A DNA stretch of 57,712 nt from a virus (lineage: Duplodnaviria; Caudoviricetes): positions 1 to 57,712 of the IMG/VR virus record IMGVR_UViG_3300024309_000001; one strand, given 5' to 3'. The notes below the pieces were generated by a model, which worked only from the letters and a program-made list of their open reading frames with translations, made no database searches and had not been told where the DNA came from. This document shows positions 8,714 to 17,584 of this stretch, piece after piece (within the stretch, counting starts at the first letter, position 1; each line of letters begins with the position of its first letter). A program made the position numbers and the translations under genes.

Positions 8714-10095
8714 TACATCTTCTCCCAGTTGCTGGCGTCCGACGGGTCGCCGCCCTTGAACCGATAGCCGTCCTCGACGGCGCCGACCGTCGGGCCAGCG
8801 GTGTCCGCGGCACCACCATCGTTCATGCTGTCGTACAGTTCCAGGCCCTGCTGCAGCGCCTGCCTGGGGGTGAGCTTGTCGCTACCGAAGTCGCCGCGCT
8901 GGTTCGAGAGGATTGACTTCGCCGCATCCAGGGCGAATTCCTGACGCGATTTGGTGCGCGCTCCGCGCACCATGTCCCAGGCCGACGAGGCGTCCTTCGC
9001 CACGCCGTTTTCGATCAGCCATTTGGCGGTTCGCACTTCGGACGGCGCCGCCGCCTTGTTGTCCACCGAACCCTTGGCGGCGTCAGTTTTGCGCTGCTCC
9101 GCGCCTCGCGCCCCGATCTCGCTCAACGCCATACCGTGTTCAGCACCAGCCTTGCGGATACCCTCGTCCGTCTTGAAGCGCTCCTTCTCCTTGAAGGTCT
9201 GCATGTCGTACCAGTGCTTGGCCTGCTCGGCAAACATGGTCCGGTAGCCGCGGCCGTCGCCTATCGTGCTCAGGAACTGGGTGAGCGTCTGCTGGCTGAA
9301 CGGTTGCTGCACCGGCTGGCCGGTTTCGTGGTTGATCCCGTGGGCGATGTACACCGGCTGGCCGCCGGCCGTCTCCGGCCGCTTCTCGATGCTCTGCAAT
9401 TCGATCCCCGTCGGAGCGAACCGGTTCACAAACGGCACGAATGCATTGGGATCGCCGGTGAGGTCAAACCGGCTCATGGCCTCGCCGAACGCCTGATCCC
9501 GGTATTGGCCGATGGTTTTCTCGCGGGCGACCATCAGTTCGATGGCCTTGCCCGGGGCCCCCAGCTCCAGCGCCTTGCGGATGCCACGCGTCAGCGATTC
9601 CGCCATGTCGCCGAATTCACCGCCGCTCAGGAAGCCTTGTGGCGCCGGATTGTCTTTTTTTTTTGCCAAGCCGAGGGATGCGGCCTGCCGGTCCTGCTGC
9701 ACGGCCAAAGCGAGGCCTGGCGCCGCCGGCGCTTGCAGACCTGCGGCTTGGCCGCCGGCCTCCCGCGGCACACCGGCGGACTGGCCTATTGTGGGCTCCG
9801 ACATTTGCACGGGATACGCTTGCGCCTGCTCGGGTTGTTGGGCCATGCCGGGGTGCGCCATGACGGGTTCCGGCGTCTGCACCGGCATGGTTTCGGCTCC
9901 GCTGGGTTGTACACCGGCGGCCAGCATCATCGGCGACGACGTTTCCGGATCCAAGCCCTTGGATTTCATCGCTTCCGCGATTGCCGCATTGACCTCCTGC
10001 TCCTTCTTCTTCTCCTGCCCGCTCTGATAGGCGTTGTACAGCGCCATGCCATTATTCAGCCCCTGGGCCAGGCCCGCCGCAAATCCACTTGCCAT
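8713..10095 (-). CDS. Internal virion/ejection protein
   Basis: Starts MASGFAAGLAQG, helical, ends DGYRFKGGDPSDASNWEKM; TAATG overlap with the next gene. Confidence 0.7.
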   Translation of the reverse strand: MASGFAAGLAQGLNNGMALYNAYQSGQEKKKEQEVNAAIAEAMKSKGLDPETSSPMMLAAGVQPSGAETMPVQTPEPVMAHPGMAQQPEQAQAYPVQMSEPTIGQSAGVPREAGGQAAGLQAPAAPGLALAVQQDRQAASLGLAKKKDNPAPQGFLSGGEFGDMAESLTRGIRKALELGAPGKAIELMVAREKTIGQYRDQAFGEAMSRFDLTGDPNAFVPFVNRFAPTGIELQSIEKRPETAGGQPVYIAHGINHETGQPVQQPFSQQTLTQFLSTIGDGRGYRTMFAEQAKHWYDMQTFKEKERFKTDEGIRKAGAEHGMALSEIGARGAEQRKTDAAKGSVDNKAAAPSEVRTAKWLIENGVAKDASSAWDMVRGARTKSRQEFALDAAKSILSNQRGDFGSDKLTPRQALQQGLELYDSMNDGGAADTAGPTVGAVEDGYRFKGGDPSDASNWEKM

Positions 10096-10096
10096 G

Positions 10097-11350
10097 TCAG
10101 TCTCCCTTGTTGATGACGGTTTCCAGCCCAACGATCCCTGCCGAGATATCACCCTTCAGGGGATCGGGCAGGCTGGACGGCTTTTCACGAAATTCCACAT
10201 CCTCCACATCGGCCAGGCCGGCGGCGCGCCGCTCCAGCCGATCGATGCGCTTCTCCAATTTCTTGCCGCGCTTAGACAGCGCCCGGATGGCCGCGTGGTG
10301 CTTGCCGCTGACGCTGATCAGATCCAGGCCGACGCCGCCCGGCGCAACCTCGTCGCCCATCGCGGCCTGCATATCCTCGGCAATCGGGCCGGTATGCTGG
10401 CCGCCGTCGTCCACGCCGTCCTTGTATTTCCAGTCCTTGACGGCCACCTGCTCGAGCTCGCCGAGCGCCTTTTCATCGTCGGCAGGCCGGATGTCTTCCT
10501 TGAGCTTTTCCGAGGACCACTTCATGATCGCCGCGCCACCCAGCGAGCCCAGCAACGAGCCCAGGCCTGCCTGGCCGGCCGCGTTCTGCTGGTTGACCGC
10601 CATCTGCTGATTGATCATCGAGTTCAGGTTGCTCTGCAGCAGTCCGCCCGCCGATCCGATCTGTCCGGCACCCGCCCCCATCAGGCTGCCGGCCTGCTGG
10701 CCAGCCGCCAGGCCGGCCTGTTGCTGCTGTCCCAGGATGCCTGCGGCGGAATTCCCCCCCTGCAGGGCCGCCGCGGACGCTGCGAGACCGGTCCCCGTTT
10801 GATTACGGCCGAACCTGGCGGCGTTCTCGCGCAGCGACATGCCCAGCAGTTTCGTGTTGTTGCGTTCCTGGTTGACCGCGCCGGCTCGCGCCAGCGCCCG
10901 CGCATTGGCCTGATCGCGCATGCCCTGGGCGCCGAGGCTAGAGGTTGGCGACACGCCCATGCGCGCCATGTCGCGGCCCATCTGGGCGTCGGACGCATCG
11001 AACTGTCGCGCCACCGTGGCCGCCGCCAGCCCTTCGCGCCGGGCGGTTTCCTCTGGGCTGTCGTAGTTCATGGCCTCTTCGGCCATCTGGTTTTCGATGG
11101 GCTGGAACACGTCCTTGTACTGCTGCCACTGGTCGGCCGCCCGCTCCTGGTTGGTCTCCGATTCCGAGATGGCCGTGTTCATCAGCTTCTCGTAGATCGG
11201 GTCCATCCGGTCCGTGCGTTCCTTCTGGTATGTGAATTCGTCGCGGCCCAGTTGGGCCAGCTCTCGGCCGATGGCCGCCTGTTCCAGCGCCGCTTGTCCG
11301 ATCCTGGGATCGTTTTGCACCGTGGTGGTGCTGCCGCCTTTCCCGCCCAT
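10097..11350 (-). CDS. Ejection/pilot protein with C-terminal peptidase S74-like chaperone domain
   Basis: MGGKGG start, G/A/Q-rich body, SSEKLKEDI..WKYK..GPIAED then a coiled coil. Confidence 0.75.
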   Translation of the reverse strand: MGGKGGSTTTVQNDPRIGQAALEQAAIGRELAQLGRDEFTYQKERTDRMDPIYEKLMNTAISESETNQERAADQWQQYKDVFQPIENQMAEEAMNYDSPEETARREGLAAATVARQFDASDAQMGRDMARMGVSPTSSLGAQGMRDQANARALARAGAVNQERNNTKLLGMSLRENAARFGRNQTGTGLAASAAALQGGNSAAGILGQQQQAGLAAGQQAGSLMGAGAGQIGSAGGLLQSNLNSMINQQMAVNQQNAAGQAGLGSLLGSLGGAAIMKWSSEKLKEDIRPADDEKALGELEQVAVKDWKYKDGVDDGGQHTGPIAEDMQAAMGDEVAPGGVGLDLISVSGKHHAAIRALSKRGKKLEKRIDRLERRAAGLADVEDVEFREKPSSLPDPLKGDISAGIVGLETVINKGD

Positions 11351-11354
11351 AGCT

Positions 11355-11795
11355 TTATCCCCGCTTCAAAAATCTCATATCCAGAAACCGGCACTCTGAC
11401 TTCAGCATGCCGAACAAAATGCCGTCGTACCCGCCCGCGAATGCCTGACGCACACGTCCCTCTTCCACGAAGCCGAGGCTTCGATCAAAGCGCAGCGCCT
11501 CCGCGTTGTCCTCGCGCACGATGCCGGTGACGCGCACCAGCCGGTACTGCACGAACGGCACGAAAAAGGTCCAGAACAGCATCTCCCGGCTGATCCAGCG
11601 CCTCGAGTAATCGGAGGCGACATGGATCATGCAATCACGATCCGTGAAGCGGTCGTAGAGCACCACCCCCAGGATCTCGCCGCCATCCGACAGGCTGGAC
11701 AGGCATTTCGTGAGGGGGCCATGCGTGAATGTTTCGCCCAGCACCGAAGAGGCGAACTCGAAGTATTCGGCTCGCTGCTCGTCGGAAACACGCAT
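11355..11795 (-). CDS. GNAT acetyltransferase-fold protein (P22 gp14-like position)
   Basis: VREDNAEALRFDRSLGFVEEGRVR, RimJ/RimL-like motif B. Confidence 0.75.
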   Translation of the reverse strand: MRVSDEQRAEYFEFASSVLGETFTHGPLTKCLSSLSDGGEILGVVLYDRFTDRDCMIHVASDYSRRWISREMLFWTFFVPFVQYRLVRVTGIVREDNAEALRFDRSLGFVEEGRVRQAFAGGYDGILFGMLKSECRFLDMRFLKRG

Positions 11796-11796
11796 G

Positions 11797-11985
11797 TCAG
11801 TTCTTCGGGTACTTGAGCTTTACCTGCTCGCAGGCGTTGACCCACGACAGGACCTGCGCAGGCAGTACGATGCCTTGATCGCTCAGGGCCCGGGCCAGTT
11901 TGAAGACCGCGTCGAGCTGGTCGCCCACCGGCGGGTATTCCCTTTCCCGCAGCGGAGCGTACGGTTCACGGTGTCGGATTTTCAA
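11797..11985 (-). CDS. Small tail-fibre assembly-like protein
   Basis: REYPPVGDQLDA..VKLKYPK motif; TTG start after GGAG. Confidence 0.6.
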   Translation of the reverse strand: MKIRHREPYAPLREREYPPVGDQLDAVFKLARALSDQGIVLPAQVLSWVNACEQVKLKYPKN

Positions 11986-12328
11986 CGTTGAACTCCGCAT
12001 CCAAATAGGGCCACGCAATCACTCGCACCCGATAGGTTCCGGGCTGGTCGAACTCCAGGTCGGCCTCGGTGTCGTCGCAGGCATAGACCGTGTCGTTGAC
12101 GATGATGGTGCACGGCGACGGCAGTTGGGTCAGGCGGCTGCCAGCCAAGGCTGCCGGATTCTGCGGCCGGTCGACAAGCGCGACACCGCGAACGTACTGG
12201 GTCTCGCCGTCTGCCTTGCCTGTCACCAAGCCCATGCTCACCTGGTTCGCCGTGAATGCATCGGGCGACAGGTTAAACACCCCGGTGATCCGGCCATCGG
12301 GATCGTGCGAATAACAGTCGACGTTCAT
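11966..12328 (-). CDS. Tail-associated protein
   Basis: ATGA-coupled to the fibre gene; beta-rich, PGTYRVRVIAWPY. Confidence 0.6.
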   Translation of the reverse strand: MNVDCYSHDPDGRITGVFNLSPDAFTANQVSMGLVTGKADGETQYVRGVALVDRPQNPAALAGSRLTQLPSPCTIIVNDTVYACDDTEADLEFDQPGTYRVRVIAWPYLDAEFNVENPTP

Positions 12329-14106
12329 CGTTTCGTCATGATGTAGGAGACGTTGCACAGGTAATCCATGCTCACCATCGTCGCTTCGTAGTTCTGGCTG
12401 CCGTTGAATAGCTGCGTTCCACCATACGGGGAAATCACATACACATATATCGCGCCGGAGGCGTATGGGCGCAGAGACATCAAACTGTCGCCCACCTTCC
12501 CGGTCAGCGATCCAGAGCCCCCTGCGTAATGGTGGTACGAGTTGGTCGAACTGAACTGTGGTGTACTCAAAGAGTAGAGAAGCACGCCGTCAATCACCAG
12601 ATCGAACCGGAAGGCGTAGTATCTAGGGCCATGGTAGTTCCCATACTCCTGAAAATCGTAGGAGAAGGTGAACACGCCGAGACCGGGGGACTTGTTCCCC
12701 AGCGACCACACCGGCATGGTGACGCCGTAATACCCGGAATATCTGCCAAACGTCCACGTGGCCGATTCCGTAATAGCGCCTGGCTTGATATTCAACGTGT
12801 CGATCACGTCCAACTGGCTGATGCTGAATTTCCCGTCCGTGACATCGAATCCGGGCGCGGAGATATTGCCGTTGGGCAGCACCTCGAAGTAGTGGTTGTC
12901 GGGCTTGTTGCCGATGCGCAGGCCATCCGGGCCGATGTACACGCCGGTTTTCCCGGACGCCGGCCACGCGGAATCCACGAAATCGCCGGTGATGATGTAG
13001 CCGCCCTTCAGGCCGCCACTGAACTCGCCGGTTGCGCCCTCCAGTTTTCCGGAGAAAATGCCGTCCGATGCATAGACGGTTCCGCGGAACACGCCACCAT
13101 TGAATTCTGCTGCCCCCGACGGGCTGATGTGCCACCCGGCCGAGCCCGGATTGTAGGACGCCGAGCTGATGCCGTCGGTGCTGATCAGGTTGCCGCCAAT
13201 CTCCCCGGCCGTGGCGTAAACAGACCCGCGCACGATCACCTGATTGAATTCTGCAACCCCGTCGCCGTTGATTCGGAAGCCCGACAGGCCACTGATGTAG
13301 TTCGCGGACTCGATGTACTGGTCGATCTTCAGCCGCCCGGCCAGCAGCTTGTCCACGCTCATGCTGGAGATCCTGGCGTCATCGACGGCAAGCAGCCCGA
13401 TCTTCGCCTTGCTGATCGACCCATCGGCTACGAACAGGTCGCGGATGTAGACGCCGGGGGCCACCGGGACCCCGTTGATCTCGGTCGGTTCAGTCACCTT
13501 CAACAACAGCGCGCCGGGATCATCCGCGCTCAGCAGGTCCATCACGTAGCCCGGATCCATCGAAACCGCGCCGGCCGCGCCGGCCACCCCGTTGAAAGGC
13601 CCCGTCTTACCTCCGCGCGACACGAACCTGACCCAGTAGAAATACTGGACCGCGGGATCGACATCGATGTCCGAATAGATCCATCCCGTGGTCTGCCCGA
13701 TGTTGACGGCGTCGCTGAGGTTGTCAGCGGTGGCCCGCCAGATCTCCGCGTGTCCGAAGTACGCGAAGTACGTGCGGTCCCACTGCAGGATGATGACGGC
13801 CAGGCCCGGCGTCACGCGTAGCCCGGACGGCGCCGGCGGCAGCCCGTCCGGCACGCGCGCCGGCACAATATCAACGTCCCCCGATACCGGCTTGCCGCCG
13901 GAGGTCTCCAGGGCTGCGAAGCCATGTTCAATCAGATCCGCGAAGGTCACAGCCCGGTCCAGCTTATTGCCGCTCCTGCCGAATCGCACCTCCAGCGTCT
14001 GGCGCATCTGCTCCCAGGCGCGGGTTGTCGCCGCGTCCGGGAACCGGATGCGGTCTATGACCGGCAACTGCGCCGTACGCAGGCCTGTCTTAGTGGAGGT
14101 CGCCAT
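12325..14106 (-). CDS. Tail fibre/host-specificity protein (FN3 + J-like repeats + variable C-terminal domain)
   Basis: AEIWRA..YFYWVRFVSRGGKTGPFN; DGSISKAKI; SGFRINGDGVAEFN repeats. Confidence 0.8.
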   Translation of the reverse strand: MATSTKTGLRTAQLPVIDRIRFPDAATTRAWEQMRQTLEVRFGRSGNKLDRAVTFADLIEHGFAALETSGGKPVSGDVDIVPARVPDGLPPAPSGLRVTPGLAVIILQWDRTYFAYFGHAEIWRATADNLSDAVNIGQTTGWIYSDIDVDPAVQYFYWVRFVSRGGKTGPFNGVAGAAGAVSMDPGYVMDLLSADDPGALLLKVTEPTEINGVPVAPGVYIRDLFVADGSISKAKIGLLAVDDARISSMSVDKLLAGRLKIDQYIESANYISGLSGFRINGDGVAEFNQVIVRGSVYATAGEIGGNLISTDGISSASYNPGSAGWHISPSGAAEFNGGVFRGTVYASDGIFSGKLEGATGEFSGGLKGGYIITGDFVDSAWPASGKTGVYIGPDGLRIGNKPDNHYFEVLPNGNISAPGFDVTDGKFSISQLDVIDTLNIKPGAITESATWTFGRYSGYYGVTMPVWSLGNKSPGLGVFTFSYDFQEYGNYHGPRYYAFRFDLVIDGVLLYSLSTPQFSSTNSYHHYAGGSGSLTGKVGDSLMSLRPYASGAIYVYVISPYGGTQLFNGSQNYEATMVSMDYLCNVSYIMTKR

Positions 14107-15798
14107 TTATACCGCCGTGACGTTTGCCAGGGTGGAGGCGATCGTGACCTCCCTTACTGTCGCCCGGGCCTGGACGCTGTAGCTGTACTCGCGGGCGCGG
14201 TACGAGCCATCCAGGCGCCCCGGGCGGCCGTTGGTGATGGTCTTGGACGTCGTGACCTGGCGTGGCCCGTCGTCGGTCTCGATCACGGCTCGCAGCTCGA
14301 ACTCGACGGGATAGGCATCGGCGACCACCTGCACGGCACCGAGGTTCTGCGGGCGCTCGGCCAGGAAAGTCTTGCTGACATACTGGAATTCGATGGGCGC
14401 GCCGGCGTTCCACTTGTGGACCTTACCGTCGGCAAGCGCGACGAACAGCTCGTCGCGCCGCGAATCAGCGTAGGCCGCAGTCGCATACTGGCGGCTGCGT
14501 GTGAGCGTCACGCCGCCGGCGGCGATTTCCAGGATGAGGCACCCCTGCTCGCTGCCGTTGTCGAACCAGCAAAAATACCGGTTGTCGTGGACGGCTGCAT
14601 GCATGCTCTCCGGCCGATACGCCTGCCACTGGGCCCGCGTCATGATCGCCTCGGTAGCCACCGTCAGGGTCCCGCCGGCGTCGACCAGCACCAAGCCGTC
14701 CGGAGACGCGTAGAGCACGCCACCCTTGAACGCGCGGATCGTGCGCTTGGCCACGCAGGGTTGGGCACCATCCAAGCGCACAGGCGTGAAGGTCACCGGG
14801 TCTGCCTGCGTGGCCATGTAGGTGTCGCCCTTCGTGCAGATCACGGTCGCCTGGCCCAGGATGGCCCCGCCCACGATGTCGTAGGCCACCGGCGAGAAAT
14901 GCGGCCAGCCGTAAGGCTTCAGCGGTTCGGATCGGCACACGCGCTTGCCCGAGAAACCGATCATGAAGCCGCCCGGATGGCTCATCAGACCGAACAGATC
15001 GGCGGGCGGCGGCACCAGCGAGAACTCGGGCAGCGCCTCACCCAGCACGGTCATGTCGAATTCGGCGCTGAATGTGTTCTGCCCGACGGGGATTTCCTGC
15101 CAAAACCGCAGGACCGCTGTCCCAGTCGCATCCGTCACAGCCACGTACAGCCGCTTGTGGGTGATGTTGTATGCCCCGGACGGCGCGCCATCCATGCTGA
15201 TGACGTTCAGTGTGTCTCCGGTGCCGGCGTTGAACGGTTCAGACACGACGGTCGGCGCCCCCTCTTCGCCCCACGCGGACACGAAGGTGTAGGCCAGGTA
15301 GCATTCCTGGCGCTCGAGCTCGGCAGTTCCGGCGCTCTCATCTTCGCCATCGCCCTCTTCTTCCGGTGCCGGCGTCACCGTCACCAAGGCAATTGTCTCG
15401 GGCACCGGGATGCCCAGCAGGTAGGACGCCGACGGCATCAGGCCATCAGCCGTGGCCATGGTGGCGTCCGTCACCCTTGGAGGCTGCCCGGCTTCCGTGT
15501 AGTAGGTGCGCTCGCTGGTGTCGTCGGGAATCGGTCCGCGCGCCACGTCGGTATCGGCCGCCCAGTGGAACCAGAAGCGGGTATCGTCGTCCAGGTCTTT
15601 GCCGAACCGGTAGATCGACAGGATTGGGCCCGTCTTTTCAAGGTCGGCCACATAGGCGGGCGCCTTCAGCGGCGCGATGCTGCCGCGATCGAGCACCACG
15701 TCCACCGCATCGGCGGCCGCGCCGTCCGGCAACAGGTGCGATTCCAGGCGCGGCTGCATGCCGGCGAAGGCCTTGGTGGCAATCCTCATCAATCGCAC
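14107..15798 (-). CDS. Tail tube/stabilisation (nozzle) protein
   Basis: 563 aa, YTFVSAWGEEGAP and beta-propeller-like character; podovirus tail position. Confidence 0.7.
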   Translation of the reverse strand: MRLMRIATKAFAGMQPRLESHLLPDGAAADAVDVVLDRGSIAPLKAPAYVADLEKTGPILSIYRFGKDLDDDTRFWFHWAADTDVARGPIPDDTSERTYYTEAGQPPRVTDATMATADGLMPSASYLLGIPVPETIALVTVTPAPEEEGDGEDESAGTAELERQECYLAYTFVSAWGEEGAPTVVSEPFNAGTGDTLNVISMDGAPSGAYNITHKRLYVAVTDATGTAVLRFWQEIPVGQNTFSAEFDMTVLGEALPEFSLVPPPADLFGLMSHPGGFMIGFSGKRVCRSEPLKPYGWPHFSPVAYDIVGGAILGQATVICTKGDTYMATQADPVTFTPVRLDGAQPCVAKRTIRAFKGGVLYASPDGLVLVDAGGTLTVATEAIMTRAQWQAYRPESMHAAVHDNRYFCWFDNGSEQGCLILEIAAGGVTLTRSRQYATAAYADSRRDELFVALADGKVHKWNAGAPIEFQYVSKTFLAERPQNLGAVQVVADAYPVEFELRAVIETDDGPRQVTTSKTITNGRPGRLDGSYRAREYSYSVQARATVREVTIASTLANVTAV

Positions 15799-16001
15799 CC
15801 CATGCGCACCCAGGTCGCCGCCTCGGTCTCAACGTAGCGAATAACGCGGACCGGGGTCGCATCGATTTCAGCTTCCGAGCGCCACTGGAACGGCCGCTGG
15901 GCGGCGGTGCAGTAGCTACCGCCCACCGGCGCGCATCCGGCGGCGGGCGCGATCACGCACACCAGAATCGTCCAGACGATCGATTTCTGCAGCAGATTCA
16001 T
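15789..16001 (-). CDS. o-spanin-like lipoprotein (Rz1-like)
   Basis: Signal peptide with AAGC lipobox; overlaps the upstream i-spanin. Confidence 0.6.
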   Translation of the reverse strand: MNLLQKSIVWTILVCVIAPAAGCAPVGGSYCTAAQRPFQWRSEAEIDATPVRVIRYVETEAATWVRMGCD

Positions 16002-16161
16002 CTTTCACCTTCCCGGCGGCGATCTGCCGCCTTGCGTCATCGGCTTGCGCAGCCCGGCGCGCCGCCCGGCCGCCGGCGACATAGGCACCGGCCAGCACCA
16101 GCAAGGCGGCGCCCAACATGAGCAGCCAGCCCTGCATGCGGCCCCACAGCGCAGCCAGCAT
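15916..16161 (-). CDS. i-spanin-like protein (Rz-like)
   Basis: N-terminal TM plus charged helix, directly after the endolysin. Confidence 0.65.
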   Translation of the reverse strand: MLAALWGRMQGWLLMLGAALLVLAGAYVAGGRAARRAAQADDARRQIAAGKVKDESAAEIDRLDDSGVRDRARRRMRAGGR

Positions 16162-16838
16162 CACAGAACCCCCGCCTTGTGCTTCGAGACCTGGCTCCAA
16201 GCAATGAACACCGCCAGGCCGACCAGCAGCACGCCCACCACCACGCGGCTGATCTGACCGCTGGTCAGACTGTCCTGGGCGTTCGTGACGGCATCCATGA
16301 CGGCGGGCGCAGCCTCCGCCAACTGGCTGATACCGACGCCGGCCGTCGCCGTGGCGCCCACGGTTTCCTTCGTCACCGGAACCGGCCCGGCAGCACGCTT
16401 GGGCGGCTCGACCCCGGCTAGGGACAAGCCCTTGTCGATGGTCGCGGCGTCGTACCAGGTGTTCGGCGTGGACAGGGGCCCGGCCCCGTTCTCGTGCCGA
16501 ATGATGGCCTCGGTCACGGCGCGCAGGTCGGTGTAGGTTTGCAGGTCAAGCCGGGCATTCGCCTGCCGGCCGGTCTGGGCGGTCACGGCCCGGACGTAGG
16601 CGTTCGTGTCGTTTTCCTTGGGCGGCGCCCACCGGCCGATGATCTGCCGGATGGTCCGCAGACCGTATTTGTCCTGATAGGTGATCAGCGTGCGGGCCAG
16701 CGCCCGAATGCCGTAGGCGGCAGATTTGAATGTGGCGAACGCCGTGTCCGGCTGTTTGTCGGCCAGGCCCTGCCACGGGCTGCCGTGGCGGATGTTGCCG
16801 GGGTTGTGGTTGCGGATGCCGCGAGGTGTTGTGCTCAT
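16161..16838 (-). CDS. Endolysin (lysozyme-like) with hydrophobic C-terminal tail
   Basis: RGIRNHNPGNIR..WAPPKENDT..IIRHENG; C-terminal TM segment. Confidence 0.8.
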   Translation of the reverse strand: MSTTPRGIRNHNPGNIRHGSPWQGLADKQPDTAFATFKSAAYGIRALARTLITYQDKYGLRTIRQIIGRWAPPKENDTNAYVRAVTAQTGRQANARLDLQTYTDLRAVTEAIIRHENGAGPLSTPNTWYDAATIDKGLSLAGVEPPKRAAGPVPVTKETVGATATAGVGISQLAEAAPAVMDAVTNAQDSLTSGQISRVVVGVLLVGLAVFIAWSQVSKHKAGVL

Positions 16839-17131
16839 TTCGTGATCTCCATTTTGAACGCCATCCAGACGGCGTATGCGACCCAGCCCAGCGCGCCGAC
16901 AGCGCCGGCCTGGGCGGCCTTGACCAGGGCTTCGCGGACCATGCGGTTCCGCAGCTCCCGCCATTCGATGATGCTTTCGTGATACCGCCGGTGGCTGTCC
17001 GGATCGCCGCCAGGAAACCCCGCGATAATCGTGTCCTGCCTCGTCTGCATCGCCGCGATCTTCTGCTCGAGATCCGCCGTGGACTCCTTGACGGCGCGGA
17101 TGATCGCGATGGCGTCTTCAGATAGCGGCAT
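16835..17131 (-). CDS. Holin-like membrane protein
   Basis: Small, C-terminal TM, ATGA-coupled upstream of the endolysin. Confidence 0.5.
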   Translation of the reverse strand: MPLSEDAIAIIRAVKESTADLEQKIAAMQTRQDTIIAGFPGGDPDSHRRYHESIIEWRELRNRMVREALVKAAQAGAVGALGWVAYAVWMAFKMEITK

Positions 17132-17148
17132 GGAGCACACTCCAGGGC

Positions 17149-17174
17149 AAAAAAAAGCCCGCAGGATGCGGGCT
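17149..17174 (-). terminator. Intrinsic terminator before the lysis cassette
   Basis: AGCCCGCA/TGCGGGCT followed by a T-run. Confidence 0.8.
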
Positions 17175-17203
17175 GGGCGTTATGTCGAAGGCAAGGCCCA
17201 TGA

Positions 17204-17584
17204 CTACTGGTTCCCGCCCTGTGATGGATCGACGGGCTCCGGTTCGTGGATGGGCTGGATCAGGCCCTTCACGAAACGCTCGTCCTCGACGGTCTCCGGC
17301 GCCAGAACGGCGGCCTGAATCTCGGCCGTGAGTTCCGGCACCTTGGTCGCCACGTAGGCGACGAACTGGGCCACGTCGGCGCGTTTCAGGTCGATGTACT
17401 TGCGCACCTGGGTGTCGCGGATCATCGCTTGCACGTCGTCGTATGGGCAGGCCAGCACCGGGATGCGGGCTGCGCCAAATCGGTCGTAGAACGCGCCTAC
17501 CTCGATCCAGAAGTATTTTGCGGGCGCATATTCCCAGTAAGGCGGCAGCGGCGCGGGGCGCGGAGGTGTCTTAATGATGGTCAT
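17204..17584 (-). CDS. Tail-fibre assembly/hypothetical protein
   Basis: AFYDRF..RKYIDL motif; coupled to the propeller gene. Confidence 0.55.
   Translation of the reverse strand: MTIIKTPPRPAPLPPYWEYAPAKYFWIEVGAFYDRFGAARIPVLACPYDDVQAMIRDTQVRKYIDLKRADVAQFVAYVATKVPELTAEIQAAVLAPETVEDERFVKGLIQPIHEPEPVDPSQGGNQ

Noticed and set aside
12325-12760. DGR variable region at the Tyr/Ser-rich fibre C-terminus
   Set aside because: No template repeat with A-specific mismatches and no reverse transcriptase seen in the window
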